From the NCBI GenBank assembly GCA_046563655.1, contig CM102287.1:992001-1056000 (forward strand): 64,000 nucleotides of DNA, read 5' to 3'. Shown one piece after another: positions 63,356 through 64,000 of this stretch; position 1 is the stretch's first letter; every line of letters begins with the position of its first letter. The position numbers and the translations under genes are program-made. This stretch comes from Yuukianura sp. NJ FZ-2021. Its lineage: Eukaryota. The notes under the pieces were generated by a model. That model ran no database searches and was not told where the DNA came from. It saw only the letters and a program-made list of their open reading frames with translations.

Positions 63356-63971
63356 ATGGAAGGAATACGCAGATATGTATGTGACAACTGTGGAGAACGT
63401 TTCGATTCACAAGATTCCTTTTGGGATCACGCTTTTGAACATCATGTTTACGACCTTCGCATACCACGTCAAGGTATTTTGCTTTCAAAAAGAAAAAACA
63501 TTCGCTTTGGAGTATCTTGTGAAGTTGTTTAAATTTGGTTAGAGTGGGAACCAAAAGACGAACAAGTTGCGGGTCCAAGTCGTCCCAGGGTACCAGTCAA
63601 TGACGAATCTGGAGCAAGGAATTTGGAAAGACCAGTTGACCCAACTGTTGATGAAATTTTAGAAGGGCTGCTTGATTACGAAGGTAGTAGCAACAGAACA
63701 GAATTAGAGCGAAGTAGATGGCTTTGTGTTGAAATTAAGAAATTGATGTTTTTTTGTAGAAGAATTGTCAGAAACTCAACAATCGGTCATCAATGCAGAC
63801 TTGTCAAACTTTCGAGAGAGGTTCTGTTCACATTGCGCGATCAAGTTTGAGAACGCAGGAGAGCTCGACTACCATCGGTTTGTGTTTCATCGTGTAGAGT
63901 TGGCCCTTGTGCCAACTCTAAGAAAGATCTGGAAAGATGACCGCTCGATCGTACGACTGGAAAGGAACTGA
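63356..63971 (+). CDS. Small protein (156 aa) with two separated C2H2 zinc fingers; exons 63356-63473, 63543-63683, 63760-63971
   Basis: Two phase-1 GT-AG introns (69 and 76 nt) join one frame of 471 nt: MEGIRRYVCDNCGERFDSQDSFWDHAFEHH...FCSHCAIKFENAGELDYHRFVFH..., both fingers C-x2-C-x12-H-x3/4-H. Confidence 0.8.
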
Positions 63972-64000
63972 TCTTTATTCTTCGAATTAAGATCTGAATC

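Noticed and set aside
62203..63578. Minus-strand ORFs over the IAP and zinc-finger genes
   Set aside because: Antisense shadows of better-supported plus-strand spliced genes.

Overview
Eukaryotic, AT-rich genomic DNA with short GT-AG introns, probably from an arthropod (inferred from TCAGT initiators and gene content). From left to right: (i) about 2.7 tandem copies of a ~1.54-kb non-coding unit; the first is interrupted by a complete 6.34-kb Ty3/gypsy LTR retrotransposon (minus strand, 607-bp LTRs, AGTC target duplication, tRNA-Phe-type PBS, non-canonical TG...TA ends); (ii) an 8-exon, apparently divergent eIF3e gene (minus); (iii) a gene with 6 coding exons for a ~989-aa type II membrane protein with SEA, EGF and a mucin-like tail (minus); (iv) a hAT/Buster-type MITE and several minisatellites; (v) a 100-N scaffold gap; (vi) a ~33.4-kb array of ~170 copies of a 196-bp unit; (vii) a 2-exon single-BIR+RING IAP gene with an AP-1-rich promoter, and a 3-exon gene with two C2H2 fingers that the ORF track only shows in fragments. 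The most intriguing signal is the array. Nearly all unit-to-unit variation falls inside one ~68-nt imperfect hairpin whose 5' arm begins UGACUAGA, the miR-279/286/996 seed. This raises the untested hypothesis of a massively amplified small-RNA precursor array rather than an inert satellite. All calls were made by eye; no folding, alignment or database search was run.
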